From Thermodesulfobacteriota bacterium (lineage in GTDB: Bacteria; Desulfobacterota_D; UBA1144; Nemesobacterales; UBA2774): 64,000 nt of DNA. Shown here piece after piece: positions 44,034-56,063 of the stretch. Below the pieces are notes generated by a model. That model did not search any database and was not told where the DNA came from. It worked only from the letters and a program-made list of their open reading frames with translations. A program made the translations under genes and the position numbers. The stretch lies in NCBI GenBank assembly GCA_965223335.1, contig OZ244991.1, positions 1,344,001 to 1,408,000 on the forward strand, in the 5' to 3' direction. How positions within the stretch are numbered: position 1 is the first letter of the stretch; each line of letters starts with the position of its first letter.

Positions 44034-44066
44034 AAGCGGTGGGTATAAACCCACCGCTTTTTTTTT
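44034..44066 (+). terminator. Intrinsic terminator after the pilin gene
   Basis: Stem GCGGTGGGT / ACCCACCGC with ATAA loop, followed by 9 T. Confidence 0.93.
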
Positions 44067-44211
44067 GCCGTTTTATCCGGTGTGTCAGTAATGTCAGTGG
44101 ACGGAACATATAATAAATGTGTCATCTCTTGAGCTTAAGGGCCATCGATATTATAATTAATAGCAAAAGCTATTCTTATTCCAAGTTTATTCATATATCG
44201 ACATATACAAT

Positions 44212-45135
44212 ATGCTAAACGTCACAAATCTTATAAAAGACTACTCTACAGGGTTTATTAAAAAGACAGTACGGGTGCTTGACGGTGTGTCGTTTGCGGT
44301 CAATGACGGCGAGATATACGGCTATGTAGGGCCTAACGGCGCAGGTAAAACAACTACGTTTAAGTGTATACTGGGCTTTGTTTCAACTACCGAAGGCACC
44401 ATCGAGGTCATGGATCGGTCGATCGAGGATGTGACTGTTAAAAACCGAGTGGGCTATCTACCGGAAAACCCATATTTCTATGATTACTTAACCGGGGAAG
44501 AGCTGCTTAGATACATGGGTGAGCTTCATGGTATGGAGAGCACGGCACTATCAAAAAGGATTGATGAGTTATTGGAAAAGGTTAATATGACACATGCCAG
44601 GAAAATTCAGCTTAGAAAATACTCAAAGGGCATGCTGCAGAGGGTGGGTGTTGCACAGGCCCTAATAAACGATCCGGAGCTATTAATACTCGATGAACCG
44701 ATGAGTGGACTTGACCCGATTGGTAGGCGGGAGATAAAGGACTTGATACTCGAGCAAAAGGCTAAGGGGAAAACCATACTACTTAGCTCTCATATGCTGG
44801 CCGATGTAGAGGCGCTTTGTGACAGGGTGGGGGTAATCATGCATGGCAAGGTGGTGAGCGAAGGGATTATCGGAGATTTATTAGAAGAGATACATACAGA
44901 TTACGAGATGCTTATAAAAGCCAATGAAGCAGAGTTGAAACAAAAGGTCGCGAATTTAACCGTTGATATAGAGAATAGGGGCGAGATGCTGGTATTGAAG
45001 TTCGATGAAGACCTAAAACCCCAGGTCATGAATGCCCTAAATGATTTAGAGGTCGATATAGTATCGCTAAGTCCGTTGAGAAGATCATTGGAGGGCTATT
45101 TTGTGGAAGAGGCAAAGAAAGAGAATATTCAATAA
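44212..45135 (+). CDS. ABC transporter ATP-binding protein (pilus-associated, PilH/XapD-like)
   Basis: GPNGAGKTT, YSKGMLQRVG, LILDEPMSGLDP and SSH. Confidence 0.93.
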   Translation: MLNVTNLIKDYSTGFIKKTVRVLDGVSFAVNDGEIYGYVGPNGAGKTTTFKCILGFVSTTEGTIEVMDRSIEDVTVKNRVGYLPENPYFYDYLTGEELLRYMGELHGMESTALSKRIDELLEKVNMTHARKIQLRKYSKGMLQRVGVAQALINDPELLILDEPMSGLDPIGRREIKDLILEQKAKGKTILLSSHMLADVEALCDRVGVIMHGKVVSEGIIGDLLEEIHTDYEMLIKANEAELKQKVANLTVDIENRGEMLVLKFDEDLKPQVMNALNDLEVDIVSLSPLRRSLEGYFVEEAKKENIQ

Positions 45136-45175
45136 TCACGCACTGATGATATAGGATAGTATGGGTTGATAGAGG

Positions 45176-45979
45176 ATGCATAGAATATACAGCGTGGCTC
45201 GTAACACCTTTATTGAAGCTATTAGGGACAGGGTCTTGTACAGCCTGGTTCTGTTTGCAGTGGTAATGATCCTAAGCACCCTCATTTTTGCCAGTATATC
45301 GGCCGAACAGTACAACAAGATAGTTAAGGATCTGGGTTTAACTGCAATCTCGCTCATAGGAGTACTGCTGTCGGTTTTTTTAGGTGTGGGACTTGTCTAT
45401 AAGGAAGTAGAAAAAAAGACGGTCTATAACATATTTTCTAAACCCGTTCGAAGGTATGAGTTTATATTGGGTAAGTATCTGGGTCTTGCCACCACCTTAC
45501 TGATAGTAACAATAGGCATGGCTCTTATACTCTTTTTACTGGTCCTCTATACGGAGTTTAAACATGCCGGATTAATAAAGTTCTATTATGGCGGGCATTA
45601 TTACGCAGAGTTTTTCAAAGCTGTTTACTTTCAGTATCTGGAGTTTTTGGTTGTAATTGGAATTGCAATGTTATTCTCGAGTTTTACCACACCGGTTTTA
45701 AGTATTCTCTTTACACTGTTCCTTTTTGCCATAGGCCGTTTTTCGAGCGACGTCAGGTTATTTGCAGAAGAGGTAAAAAATCCTGCGACTGCTGTGATGT
45801 CTGAGTTTATATATAGGGTCATCCCTAATCTAGAGAAGTTCGATGTAAGGAGCGAGGCGGTGTATGGAGGGGTAGTGAGCCTCCCGTTATTCCTAAATAC
45901 AACGGCATACGCTCTTATATATGTAGCGGCACTCATTATACTTGCAACTGTGATATTTCAACGAAAAGAGTTTAAATGA
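45176..45979 (+). CDS. ABC-2 type permease (PilI/XapB-like)
   Basis: ARNTFIEAIRDR and SKPVRRYEFILGKYLG; about 6 TM segments. Confidence 0.88.
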   Translation: MHRIYSVARNTFIEAIRDRVLYSLVLFAVVMILSTLIFASISAEQYNKIVKDLGLTAISLIGVLLSVFLGVGLVYKEVEKKTVYNIFSKPVRRYEFILGKYLGLATTLLIVTIGMALILFLLVLYTEFKHAGLIKFYYGGHYYAEFFKAVYFQYLEFLVVIGIAMLFSSFTTPVLSILFTLFLFAIGRFSSDVRLFAEEVKNPATAVMSEFIYRVIPNLEKFDVRSEAVYGGVVSLPLFLNTTAYALIYVAALIILATVIFQRKEFK

Positions 45980-45994
45980 TCACGTGACTAGAAT

Positions 45995-47071
45995 ATGATC
46001 GAACGTCTAGCAAATAAACCTATTGTCGGACTATTAATCGTTGCTTTATTGATAATCATATCGGTCCCATTCCAAATCAAGATAGACAACATAAGGGGTA
46101 AATTCAGGTCGATAGAGGACAGCCTGTACATATCGTCATCGTCACTTAAGAAAGTGTCGTTGGGTTATGATGAACTTTTGTCTGATATATATTGGATGAG
46201 GGCGCTTCAGTACTTCGGGGGGCGAAAACTGCACGAGCAAGACCCGGAGCTACTTTACCATTACTTTGATATTATCACAGACCTCGACCCTAATTTCGTA
46301 AATGCATATAGATACGGGGGGACGTTTCTTGCCGAACCGCCGCCCTATGGTTTGGGTGACTTTAGTAAGGGGTTCGAGATGTTTGAGAAGGGCAGAAAGA
46401 ACAACCCCAACAATTTTCGCCTCCCACTCGAGCAGGCATTTTTGTATTATTTCTACCTAAAGGATTATGAAAAGGCAGCGGAACTGTTTAAAGAAGCATC
46501 AGAGAAACCGGGGCTCTCACCGATGCGAAAGGCATCTATGGAGGGTATGGCTGCCTCGGCCCACTCGCAGGGCGGTAACAATGAACTGTCCAGAGAGATA
46601 TGGGAGATAATTTATAAAACCAGTCCCAGCGAGGGGCGGAGGAAATTTGCCCGCACTAACCTCGATATCCTCGATACGATAGAGATGGAAGAGAAACTTA
46701 CCGAGGCACTGGATGTCTATATGAACAAGAACGGAGAATTGCCTGCTGATCTTAAGGAGTTGCAGACAGCCGGTGTCATTAAATACATTCCCGAGGCTCC
46801 TGTAGGTGGGGAATTTATAGTAGTCCCTAAAATTAACAAGGTTAAGAATACAGAACTGGTCGAACAAAAAAACAAAGACAATCTTGCATTCCTCAATTCA
46901 AAATCACATAGGTTTCAAAGTCTAAACGGAAGGTACCCGAATGATGCAGATGAGTTAAAGGATTACCTGACACAGAATACGACCAGCAAATTCCCCGAAC
47001 ACCCGACCGGGGATGAATATAGCTATGATCCCGAAACAGGTCTATTTAGTGTCGAGACCGACACTGAGTAA
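45995..47071 (+). CDS. Pilus-accessory TPR-like membrane-anchored protein (PilG/XapA-like)
   Basis: TM; LSDIYWMRALQYFG and ITDLDPNF; TPR-like helices; two C-terminal pseudopilin-like repeats. Confidence 0.75.
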   Translation: MIERLANKPIVGLLIVALLIIISVPFQIKIDNIRGKFRSIEDSLYISSSSLKKVSLGYDELLSDIYWMRALQYFGGRKLHEQDPELLYHYFDIITDLDPNFVNAYRYGGTFLAEPPPYGLGDFSKGFEMFEKGRKNNPNNFRLPLEQAFLYYFYLKDYEKAAELFKEASEKPGLSPMRKASMEGMAASAHSQGGNNELSREIWEIIYKTSPSEGRRKFARTNLDILDTIEMEEKLTEALDVYMNKNGELPADLKELQTAGVIKYIPEAPVGGEFIVVPKINKVKNTELVEQKNKDNLAFLNSKSHRFQSLNGRYPNDADELKDYLTQNTTSKFPEHPTGDEYSYDPETGLFSVETDTE

Positions 47072-47093
47072 ACAATTTAGATCATAACGAGTT

Positions 47094-47570
47094 CTAGTAA
47101 ATATCCAGTACCACAAACTCTCTCAGCCCACCGGGGGCCTGTACAGCTACGTCGTCGTCAACCTGTTTGCCGATCAAGGCTTTACCAATTGGGGATGTGA
47201 TAGAAATCAGGCCATTCTCAGGCTCTGATTCATCAGCTCCCACCAACTGATAAGTAACGACTTCCCCTGTATCCAGGTTTTCAAGCTTAACGCGTACACC
47301 AAACATTACCCTGTCTTTGTTGGGTAGATTCTCGGGGTCGATTATATCGGCCCTGCTGAGTTTGCTCTCGAGTTCTTGTATCCTTCCCTCTACAAAAGAC
47401 TGGCGGTCCTTGGCGGTTTCGTACTCCGCATTCTCGGACAGATCACCGAGTGACCGTGCGTACTCAATCTGTTTTATTACACTCGGTCTCTCGACTGTTT
47501 TAAGGTTATGTAGCTCAGCCTGTAGTTTTTTGTAACCCCCAGGAGTTATCGGTACCCTTTCTATCGACAT
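47094..47570 (-). CDS. greA: Transcription elongation factor GreA
   Basis: GDLSENAEY and ISITSPIGKALIGK. Confidence 0.97.
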   Translation of the reverse strand: MSIERVPITPGGYKKLQAELHNLKTVERPSVIKQIEYARSLGDLSENAEYETAKDRQSFVEGRIQELESKLSRADIIDPENLPNKDRVMFGVRVKLENLDTGEVVTYQLVGADESEPENGLISITSPIGKALIGKQVDDDVAVQAPGGLREFVVLDIY

Positions 47571-47600
47571 CCTTTCTTGCCTCCGGTCAAATTATTACCT

Positions 47601-50600
47601 CTAATAATAATCTTGAATTGCTTTTACATCCAGGCCCTCATGTATGAGCACCCTGATAGCACCCACTGCCGACATAGCCCCTGCGATCGTAGTGAAGTAG
47701 GGGACCCTGCGTATGAGTGCCGTTCTTCTTATAGAGTATGATTGCGCAATCTCGTTTTCGCCAAACGTTGTGTTAACCACAAGCTGTATCTCGCCGTTTT
47801 TTATCAAATCCACTACATGGGGTCTGCCCTCTATAACCTTATTTACAACCCCACTCGTTACCCCGTGTTCATTCATATAGTTAGCCGTACCCTTGGTGCA
47901 TATTAGTCCGAATCCGAGGTCTTTCAGTTTTTTTGCGATCTCAAGTGCCTTATCTTTGTCCTCGTCTTTGACACTTATAAACGCGGTGCCTGCCAACGGT
48001 AAATCGTTACCGGCGGCGATCTGTGATTTTGCAAATGAATGGTCGAGGTTACTATCGATGCCCATAACCTCGCCTGTGGACTTCATTTCGGGCCCCAGAA
48101 TGGTATCCACATCGGGGAATTTAATAAAAGGGAACACGGACTCTTTTACCGAGTAATGTTTGGGGATGATCTCCTTGGTAAATCCCAGTTCTTCCAATGT
48201 TTTGCCGACCATTATCTTGGTACCCAGTTTGGCAAGGGGGACACCTATGGCTTTGCTTACAAACGGGATTGTTCTACTGGCCCTGGGATTGACCTCGATG
48301 ATATAAAGATCGCTTCCTTTTACTGCAAACTGAATGTTCAATAAACCTTTTACGTTTAGAGCGAGTGCGAGCTCTTTGGTCTGTCGTTTAATCTCGTCTA
48401 GCATTGGTTTTTCGAGTGAAAAAGGCGGGAGTACCATTGCACTGTCGCCCGAGTGTACACCTGCCTCCTCTATATGCTCCAACACCCCTCCTACCACAAC
48501 GGTGTTCCCGTCTGAGATAGCGTCTACGTCTACCTCTTTAGCGTCCTTTAGGAACTCGTCTATCAATATGGGGTGGTTTGGTGAGACACTTACCGCTTCT
48601 TTTATATAGCGTTTAAGCGCTGTTTCGGTATATACAATCTCCATTGCACGGCCACCGAGGACATAAGAGGGCCTCACAACGACCGGATATCCTATTTCAG
48701 TAGCTATATCTATAGCCTCTCTTTCACTGCGGGCAATGCCGCTACGGGGCTGACGCAAATTAAGCTTATTAATAAGATCCCTGAAACGCTCGCGGTCCTC
48801 GGCCAGGTCGATATTCTCGGGTGATGTGCCTATAATCCTAGCGTCCCGTTCTTCTAATGGGATTGCAAGTTTTAAGGGGGTTTGTCCGCCCAGGTGGACT
48901 ATAATGCCCTCGGGTTTCTCCCTCTCGACTATCGATAGTGTGTCTTCTAGTGTAAGCGGCTCAAAGTAAAGCCTGTCAGAGGTGTCGTAATCTGTGCTCA
49001 CGGTCTCGGGGTTGCAATTGACCATTATGGCCTCGTACCCTTCTTCCTTGAGCGAGAATGAGGCATGTACACAGCAGTAATCAAACTCGATACCCTGTCC
49101 GATTCTATTGGGGCCCCCACCGAGTATCACGACCTTTTTGTTCTCGCTCGGGACTGCTTCGTCTTCTCTGTCGTATGTGGAGTAGAGGTACGGGGTATAG
49201 GCCTCGAATTCAGCCGCGCAGGTGTCGACCATCTTGTATACCGGCTTTAGCTCGAGGCTCTTTTTAAGCGCTCTTATATCATCGGGGGTTCTACCCAGGA
49301 GGTCAGATAATCTTTTATCCGAGAACCCGTACTCTTTGGCCTTTTTCATGATCTCCAGGGTCGGCTTGGAACCGTTTAGTTCGGACAACTCGGTCTCAAA
49401 GTCTACTATATGTTTAATATTCATTAGGAACCAGGGGTCGATGGATGTGATGTTATAGATTTCTTCAATATCGAGTCCGAGCCTAAGCGCATCGGCCAGG
49501 TACCAGAGGCGCTCGGCATTGGGAGACCTGAGTTTTTCGTGTATGAGCTCTGGGTTTTGAGACAGCGGTTCTAGTCCGTGGCGGTCGATCTCCAATGAGC
49601 GGATGGCTTTTTGTAGGGACTCCTTAAAAGTTCTTCCGATAGACATCACCTCGCCCACTGATTTCATCTGAGTTGTGAGTGTGGACTCGGTCTGAGGGAA
49701 TTTCTCGAATGTAAACCTGGGGATTTTAACAACTACATAATCGATAGTAGGCTCAAAAGATGCCGGGGTGTATCTGGTGATGTCGTTGGGTATCTCATCC
49801 AGTGTATAGCCAACCGCGAGCTTGGCCGCGATTTTGGCTATGGGGAAACCTGTGGCCTTAGAGGCGAGGGCAGAGCTCCGGGATACGCGCGGGTTCATCT
49901 CTATCACAACCATCTTGCCGTCACGGGGATTCACCGCAAACTGAATATTCGAGCCCCCGGTTTCTACTCCTATCTCTCTTATGATTTGAATAGAGGCATC
50001 CCTCATGATCTGATACTCTTTGTCTGTAAGCGTTTGAGAGGGGGCTATGGTGATGCTGTCTCCGGTGTGGACACCCATCGGGTCCAGGTTCTCTATCGAG
50101 CAGATTATTACAACATTGTCATTCCTATCCCGCATTATCTCTAGCTCATACTCCTTCCACCCGAGCACCGATTCCTCGATCAATATCTCGGTAGCTGGGC
50201 TAAGGTCGAGGCCCGATTTTGCATATACCTCGAACTCCTCGATGTTATAGGCCACATTTGCCCCTGAGCCCCCGAGTGTAAACGAAGGTCTGATTATAAC
50301 GGGGAACCCGATACCCTCTAGTACGTCTCTTGCCTCTTCCATGCTGTGCGCAATACCGCTTTTGGGCACTTCCAAACCGATGTTAATCATTGCTTCTTTG
50401 AATAGGTCGCGGTTCTCGGCCTTTTTTATGGCGGGTAGTTTCGCACCTATGAGCTCTACATTATGGTGGTCGAGCACCCCCGATTCTGCCAGATCCACTG
50501 CGATATTGAGTGCGGTTTGACCTCCTATTGTCGGTAGTAGTGCATCGGGTTTTTCTTTATCTATAATTTTTTCGACGAACTCAGGTGTCAGCGGTTCGAT

Positions 50601-50795
50601 ATAGGTACGGTCTGCAAAGCTCGGGTCGGTCATTATTGTGGCGGGGTTGCTGTTTACAAGTACTACTCTATATCCCTCTTCCTTAAGGGCTTTGCACGCC
50701 TGTGTGCCCGAGTAATCAAACTCACAGGCCTGCCCGATTACGATCGGGCCCGATCCTATCATCAGTATGGTTTCTATATCGGTCCTTTTAGGCAT
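47601..50795 (-). CDS. carB: Carbamoyl-phosphate synthase large subunit
   Basis: [24 protein letters not shown], duplicated ATP-grasp domains and a C-terminal MGS domain. Confidence 0.99.
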   Translation of the reverse strand: MPKRTDIETILMIGSGPIVIGQACEFDYSGTQACKALKEEGYRVVLVNSNPATIMTDPSFADRTYIEPLTPEFVEKIIDKEKPDALLPTIGGQTALNIAVDLAESGVLDHHNVELIGAKLPAIKKAENRDLFKEAMINIGLEVPKSGIAHSMEEARDVLEGIGFPVIIRPSFTLGGSGANVAYNIEEFEVYAKSGLDLSPATEILIEESVLGWKEYELEIMRDRNDNVVIICSIENLDPMGVHTGDSITIAPSQTLTDKEYQIMRDASIQIIREIGVETGGSNIQFAVNPRDGKMVVIEMNPRVSRSSALASKATGFPIAKIAAKLAVGYTLDEIPNDITRYTPASFEPTIDYVVVKIPRFTFEKFPQTESTLTTQMKSVGEVMSIGRTFKESLQKAIRSLEIDRHGLEPLSQNPELIHEKLRSPNAERLWYLADALRLGLDIEEIYNITSIDPWFLMNIKHIVDFETELSELNGSKPTLEIMKKAKEYGFSDKRLSDLLGRTPDDIRALKKSLELKPVYKMVDTCAAEFEAYTPYLYSTYDREDEAVPSENKKVVILGGGPNRIGQGIEFDYCCVHASFSLKEEGYEAIMVNCNPETVSTDYDTSDRLYFEPLTLEDTLSIVEREKPEGIIVHLGGQTPLKLAIPLEERDARIIGTSPENIDLAEDRERFRDLINKLNLRQPRSGIARSEREAIDIATEIGYPVVVRPSYVLGGRAMEIVYTETALKRYIKEAVSVSPNHPILIDEFLKDAKEVDVDAISDGNTVVVGGVLEHIEEAGVHSGDSAMVLPPFSLEKPMLDEIKRQTKELALALNVKGLLNIQFAVKGSDLYIIEVNPRASRTIPFVSKAIGVPLAKLGTKIMVGKTLEELGFTKEIIPKHYSVKESVFPFIKFPDVDTILGPEMKSTGEVMGIDSNLDHSFAKSQIAAGNDLPLAGTAFISVKDEDKDKALEIAKKLKDLGFGLICTKGTANYMNEHGVTSGVVNKVIEGRPHVVDLIKNGEIQLVVNTTFGENEIAQSYSIRRTALIRRVPYFTTIAGAMSAVGAIRVLIHEGLDVKAIQDYY

Positions 50796-51103
50796 ACGCG
50801 TCTTACGACTTATTAAATAAAACTATTTACAAATTGGGTGAAGGTACTATCGGATCTTTAGTATAAACGTAAATTTTTATTTTGCGATACTGTTATTTTT
50901 AATATTGAACAATACTGCTCTGGGTCCTGTCATTGCAATCAAAATCTTGTTGCTATGGGATGATTTATACCCAAGATTACGCAAACCGGCAACTCTGGTT
51001 GCTCATAAAAACTGGTTTTTGGGGAAAAATAACGGGAAATGCAATTACATCTATATACTGTAAGCAAATTTAAGCTATACTGTAAGTATAAAGCCATTTC
51101 TAC

Positions 51104-51173
51104 GAGCCCTAGGGTTCTCCATACCTCATTCTAACCTCCTTTAAGTGGAATTAGAATAATCCCCCTAGGGCTC
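51104..51173. ncRNA. Candidate structured RNA element (strand unresolved)
   Basis: Perfect 11-bp outer stem GAGCCCTAGGG / CCCTAGGGCTC and 7-bp inner stem ATTCTAA / TTAGAAT enclosing CCTCCTTT, in an otherwise AT-rich 570-bp intergenic gap. Confidence 0.45.
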
Positions 51174-51367
51174 TTACCAATCCATTATACACTTTTATAC
51201 AGTTTAATATCAATACCATATATATAATTTATGCTATCTCGTAGAGTGTGTTAGTTTCTATGCGACAAAATACATTTGCCGGATTTCTGTATAGCTACTA
51301 GGTCTTGGAAGTGCTGGAAACTCTTAGATTAACTCAAAGTTTCAGGTTGATGATCTAGTAAATTTGG

Positions 51368-53326
<1,959 letters not shown>

Positions 53327-53401
53327 TTATAAAGTACGGTGTATAAAGTGCAATGAAAACAACATTTTGAGTAATTATAACACTGCTGTAAAATAACTCG
53401 G

Positions 53402-54445
53402 ATGTCATACCTTGTGTTGGGGATTGAGAGTTCGTGCGACGAGACTGCGGCTTCGATTGTAAGTGATGGCAAAACTGTGCTCTCGAACATCGTGGCCTCG
53501 CAGGTGGATATTCACAGCAAGTACGGCGGGGTAGTACCGGAGATCGCATCGCGCAAACACGTGGAGTTGATACTGCCTGTTATCAAAGAGGCCTTGGGTG
53601 AGGCCGGTGTAGGATTCTCGGACCTAGATGCCATAGCCGTAACAAGCGGGCCCGGCCTGATAGGAGCACTTATGATAGGGGTATCTAGTGCTAAATCGAT
53701 CGCATATGGCCTGGACCTACCATTTATAGGGGTCAACCATCTCGAGGCTCATCTCGCAGCCGCTTATCTGGAGAGTGAAGTCGAGTTTCCGTATGTGGGC
53801 TTGGTTGTGTCGGGAGGGCATACGAGTTTGTATCTGGTGCGGGCCTATACCGACTACGAACTGTTGGGCAGGACCCGTGACGACGCAGCGGGCGAGGCAT
53901 TTGATAAGGCTGCGAAACTGCTTGGGCTCGGGTACCCGGGAGGCGTGGAGATTGACCGTTTGGCAAAACAGGGGGATAAAGAGGCCATAGAGTTCCCAAG
54001 GCCCTTTAAAGGCACGTCCTCAATGGACTTTAGCTTTAGCGGCATAAAGACAGCACTCGTATATTATCTTAGAAAATACCCTGATCCCGATCAAAAGAGA
54101 CTCCATGATATCTCGGCCAGTTACCAAGAGGCTATAGTTGAGACACTTGTGGATAAAACACTCGGTGCTGCGAAAAAAGAGGGGGTGTCCACCGTCATTG
54201 TGGCTGGGGGTGTGGCATGTAATTCCAGGCTCAGGGAACTCGCGGCAAACGAGTTTCAGGATGAGGGGATAAAATTGGTAATACCGTCTCCGAAATTGTG
54301 CACGGACAATGCGGCTATGATTGCCGCTTATGGTTACCATCAGTTGAATGAGGGGCAAAGGTCTACACTCGATCTAACACCCTTCTCTACGTCTCGGCCC
54401 AAGTATATTAGGGGCAAGGGAATGCTTAGCGAATCTAAATCCTGA
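53402..54445 (+). CDS. tsaD: tRNA N6-adenosine threonylcarbamoyltransferase
   Basis: LGIESSCDET, NHLEAH, VSGGHT, DDAAGEAFDK and CTDNAAMIA. Confidence 0.98.
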   Translation: MSYLVLGIESSCDETAASIVSDGKTVLSNIVASQVDIHSKYGGVVPEIASRKHVELILPVIKEALGEAGVGFSDLDAIAVTSGPGLIGALMIGVSSAKSIAYGLDLPFIGVNHLEAHLAAAYLESEVEFPYVGLVVSGGHTSLYLVRAYTDYELLGRTRDDAAGEAFDKAAKLLGLGYPGGVEIDRLAKQGDKEAIEFPRPFKGTSSMDFSFSGIKTALVYYLRKYPDPDQKRLHDISASYQEAIVETLVDKTLGAAKKEGVSTVIVAGGVACNSRLRELAANEFQDEGIKLVIPSPKLCTDNAAMIAAYGYHQLNEGQRSTLDLTPFSTSRPKYIRGKGMLSESKS

Positions 54446-54449
54446 GCCT

Positions 54450-54752
54450 CTATACCGTATAATCCACCACAGCCCTGTCCGACCTAATCTCTCCAATAAT
54501 ATCTGCGACCTTTACATGATCGGGATGCTTCTGGTACTGTTCCAGAGCCTCTTTGTCTTCGAATGCTGAATACAGGACCACATCAAACGCTGCCTGGGAG
54601 GGGTTAAAATTGATGCCGACCTCGATCTCTTTTATCTGGGGGATTTTGTCTTTTAGGTCTTCTAACACATTTTTCAGCATTAGGGCGTTTTCTTCCTTAG
54701 ACCTTCCGGCTGCATTGTCTTTTAATCTCCACATCACGATATGTTTTATCAT
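54450..54752 (-). CDS. Dabb-family stress-responsive alpha/beta-barrel protein
   Basis: MIKHIVMWRLK...YQKHPDH...DY; ATG at 54752 follows AAGGAG (the ORF track start at 54998 is too long). Confidence 0.9.
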   Translation of the reverse strand: MIKHIVMWRLKDNAAGRSKEENALMLKNVLEDLKDKIPQIKEIEVGINFNPSQAAFDVVLYSAFEDKEALEQYQKHPDHVKVADIIGEIRSDRAVVDYTV

Positions 54753-54801
54753 CCGGATCTCCTTTGAGTTTGTTTGTAATTCCCGTCTATCGAAAACTAC
54801 C

Positions 54802-55758
54802 TTATTGTTTAACTCCACACGACGGATAGCTATAATATAATATTGTTTTGGTCTCACACCTAACGGTATTGGTGCTGTTGTTTTGAGAAGTGTCCCGGCT
54901 AATTGCCAGTCTGCTCTCGGCACCGTAGGTCGCGATTCTATTCTTCCAGCCCACAAGCCATCTGCTCTCGTTTCGCTCAGGCGGTGCATTATGTACACGC
55001 CTCGTCAACACAAACTCTGCACCGCGGCTATACTCCTCGACCGCATCTAGTCCCGTGCCCGATCCGTTCATCTGCTCAAGCACCTGTAAAAGTCCCCATC
55101 CCTGGCCATTGTACCGCTCTGTTTCAAGCACTCCCTCTCCTTTGAAATTCACATAGTCTATGAGTGCATAGATGCCCATGGGCGAGTTGGCCACACGGTA
55201 GAACTGAGCAGTTATCTGCTCTTTGGTCTCAGGAGGGGTGTGAGCTAGGATCTTGGACAGTCCGTCCTCTAGTCTCTTGGCTAAAAACTCGGTCTGCTCG
55301 GGCATAGTATCGATCAAAAATTGCCTAAGCCTCGCCATCTCGGGCGAGTTAAAGGATTCGTAGAACTGGTCACGCGAATACCAGGGGGCTTCGCGATCGG
55401 GGAGTTGCTCGATCCACTCGGGGATCGGTTTTCCGCTCTGTTCGATGAATTGCAAAAGGAGTGGGAACGATTCGTGAAACGGGCCCTGCACACCCTTTGG
55501 GTACCAGATGAAATGACCGATCCCCATCGAGGGAAAATCCTCTCCCTCGTTCCAAACCGTAAGGTTTTGTGCTTTTGCCGAGGCTTCGTTTTGATATATT
55601 AACTGTCCTATGCGGTTTAGTTCCTCGGTGGATGGTTTAACAAGAGCGGGTTTGGGCTCTTTCTCTTTTACCTCCTTGGGTTCGGGATCGCATGAATAAA
55701 GCATAGAGATTGAGAGGGATAGAATCATAAATAGAACCGGGGTATAAAATCTAGACAT
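54802..55758 (-). CDS. Conserved hypothetical lipoprotein, possible lysozyme-like fold
   Basis: Lipobox-like LYSC; QNE...WNEGEDFPSMGIGHFIWYP, LIDYVNFKGEG and RWLVGWKNR. Confidence 0.75.
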   Translation of the reverse strand: MSRFYTPVLFMILSLSISMLYSCDPEPKEVKEKEPKPALVKPSTEELNRIGQLIYQNEASAKAQNLTVWNEGEDFPSMGIGHFIWYPKGVQGPFHESFPLLLQFIEQSGKPIPEWIEQLPDREAPWYSRDQFYESFNSPEMARLRQFLIDTMPEQTEFLAKRLEDGLSKILAHTPPETKEQITAQFYRVANSPMGIYALIDYVNFKGEGVLETERYNGQGWGLLQVLEQMNGSGTGLDAVEEYSRGAEFVLTRRVHNAPPERNESRWLVGWKNRIATYGAESRLAISRDTSQNNSTNTVRCETKTILYYSYPSCGVKQ

Positions 55759-55798
55759 ATTATTCAACTTTTGTATCCGCATATGATATCCAGCAGGC

Positions 55799-56011
55799 TT
55801 ACCTGTAATGATGGTGTTTTAGGTCTTCTTTGTCTGTAATTCGTTCAAATACCACCCCGCATTTATCGCATTCGAACCTGACCTCAGTAGGTGGATGGCT
55901 GATGCCGATTCCAACTAGTATCCAACCGAATAGGGAGTACGAGGGCTTTGGAACAATCCAGGGGTCTCCTCTTGTGTATCCGCACTTACAGGTGTTGTTT
56001 GTAGTTGTCAT
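55799..56011 (-). CDS. Small Cys-containing (probably zinc-binding) protein
   Basis: CKCG ... hydrophobic hairpin ... CDKCG. Confidence 0.65.
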   Translation of the reverse strand: MTTTNNTCKCGYTRGDPWIVPKPSYSLFGWILVGIGISHPPTEVRFECDKCGVVFERITDKEDLKHHHYR

Positions 56012-56063
56012 AATAGATTGTTAAAGGGGATAAATTTAACCTTTGTTGCATAGTTATCAAATG

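Noticed and set aside
54753..54998. N-terminal extension of the Dabb protein
   Set aside because: It overlaps the upstream gene; the family begins at MIKHIV with a good RBS at 54752
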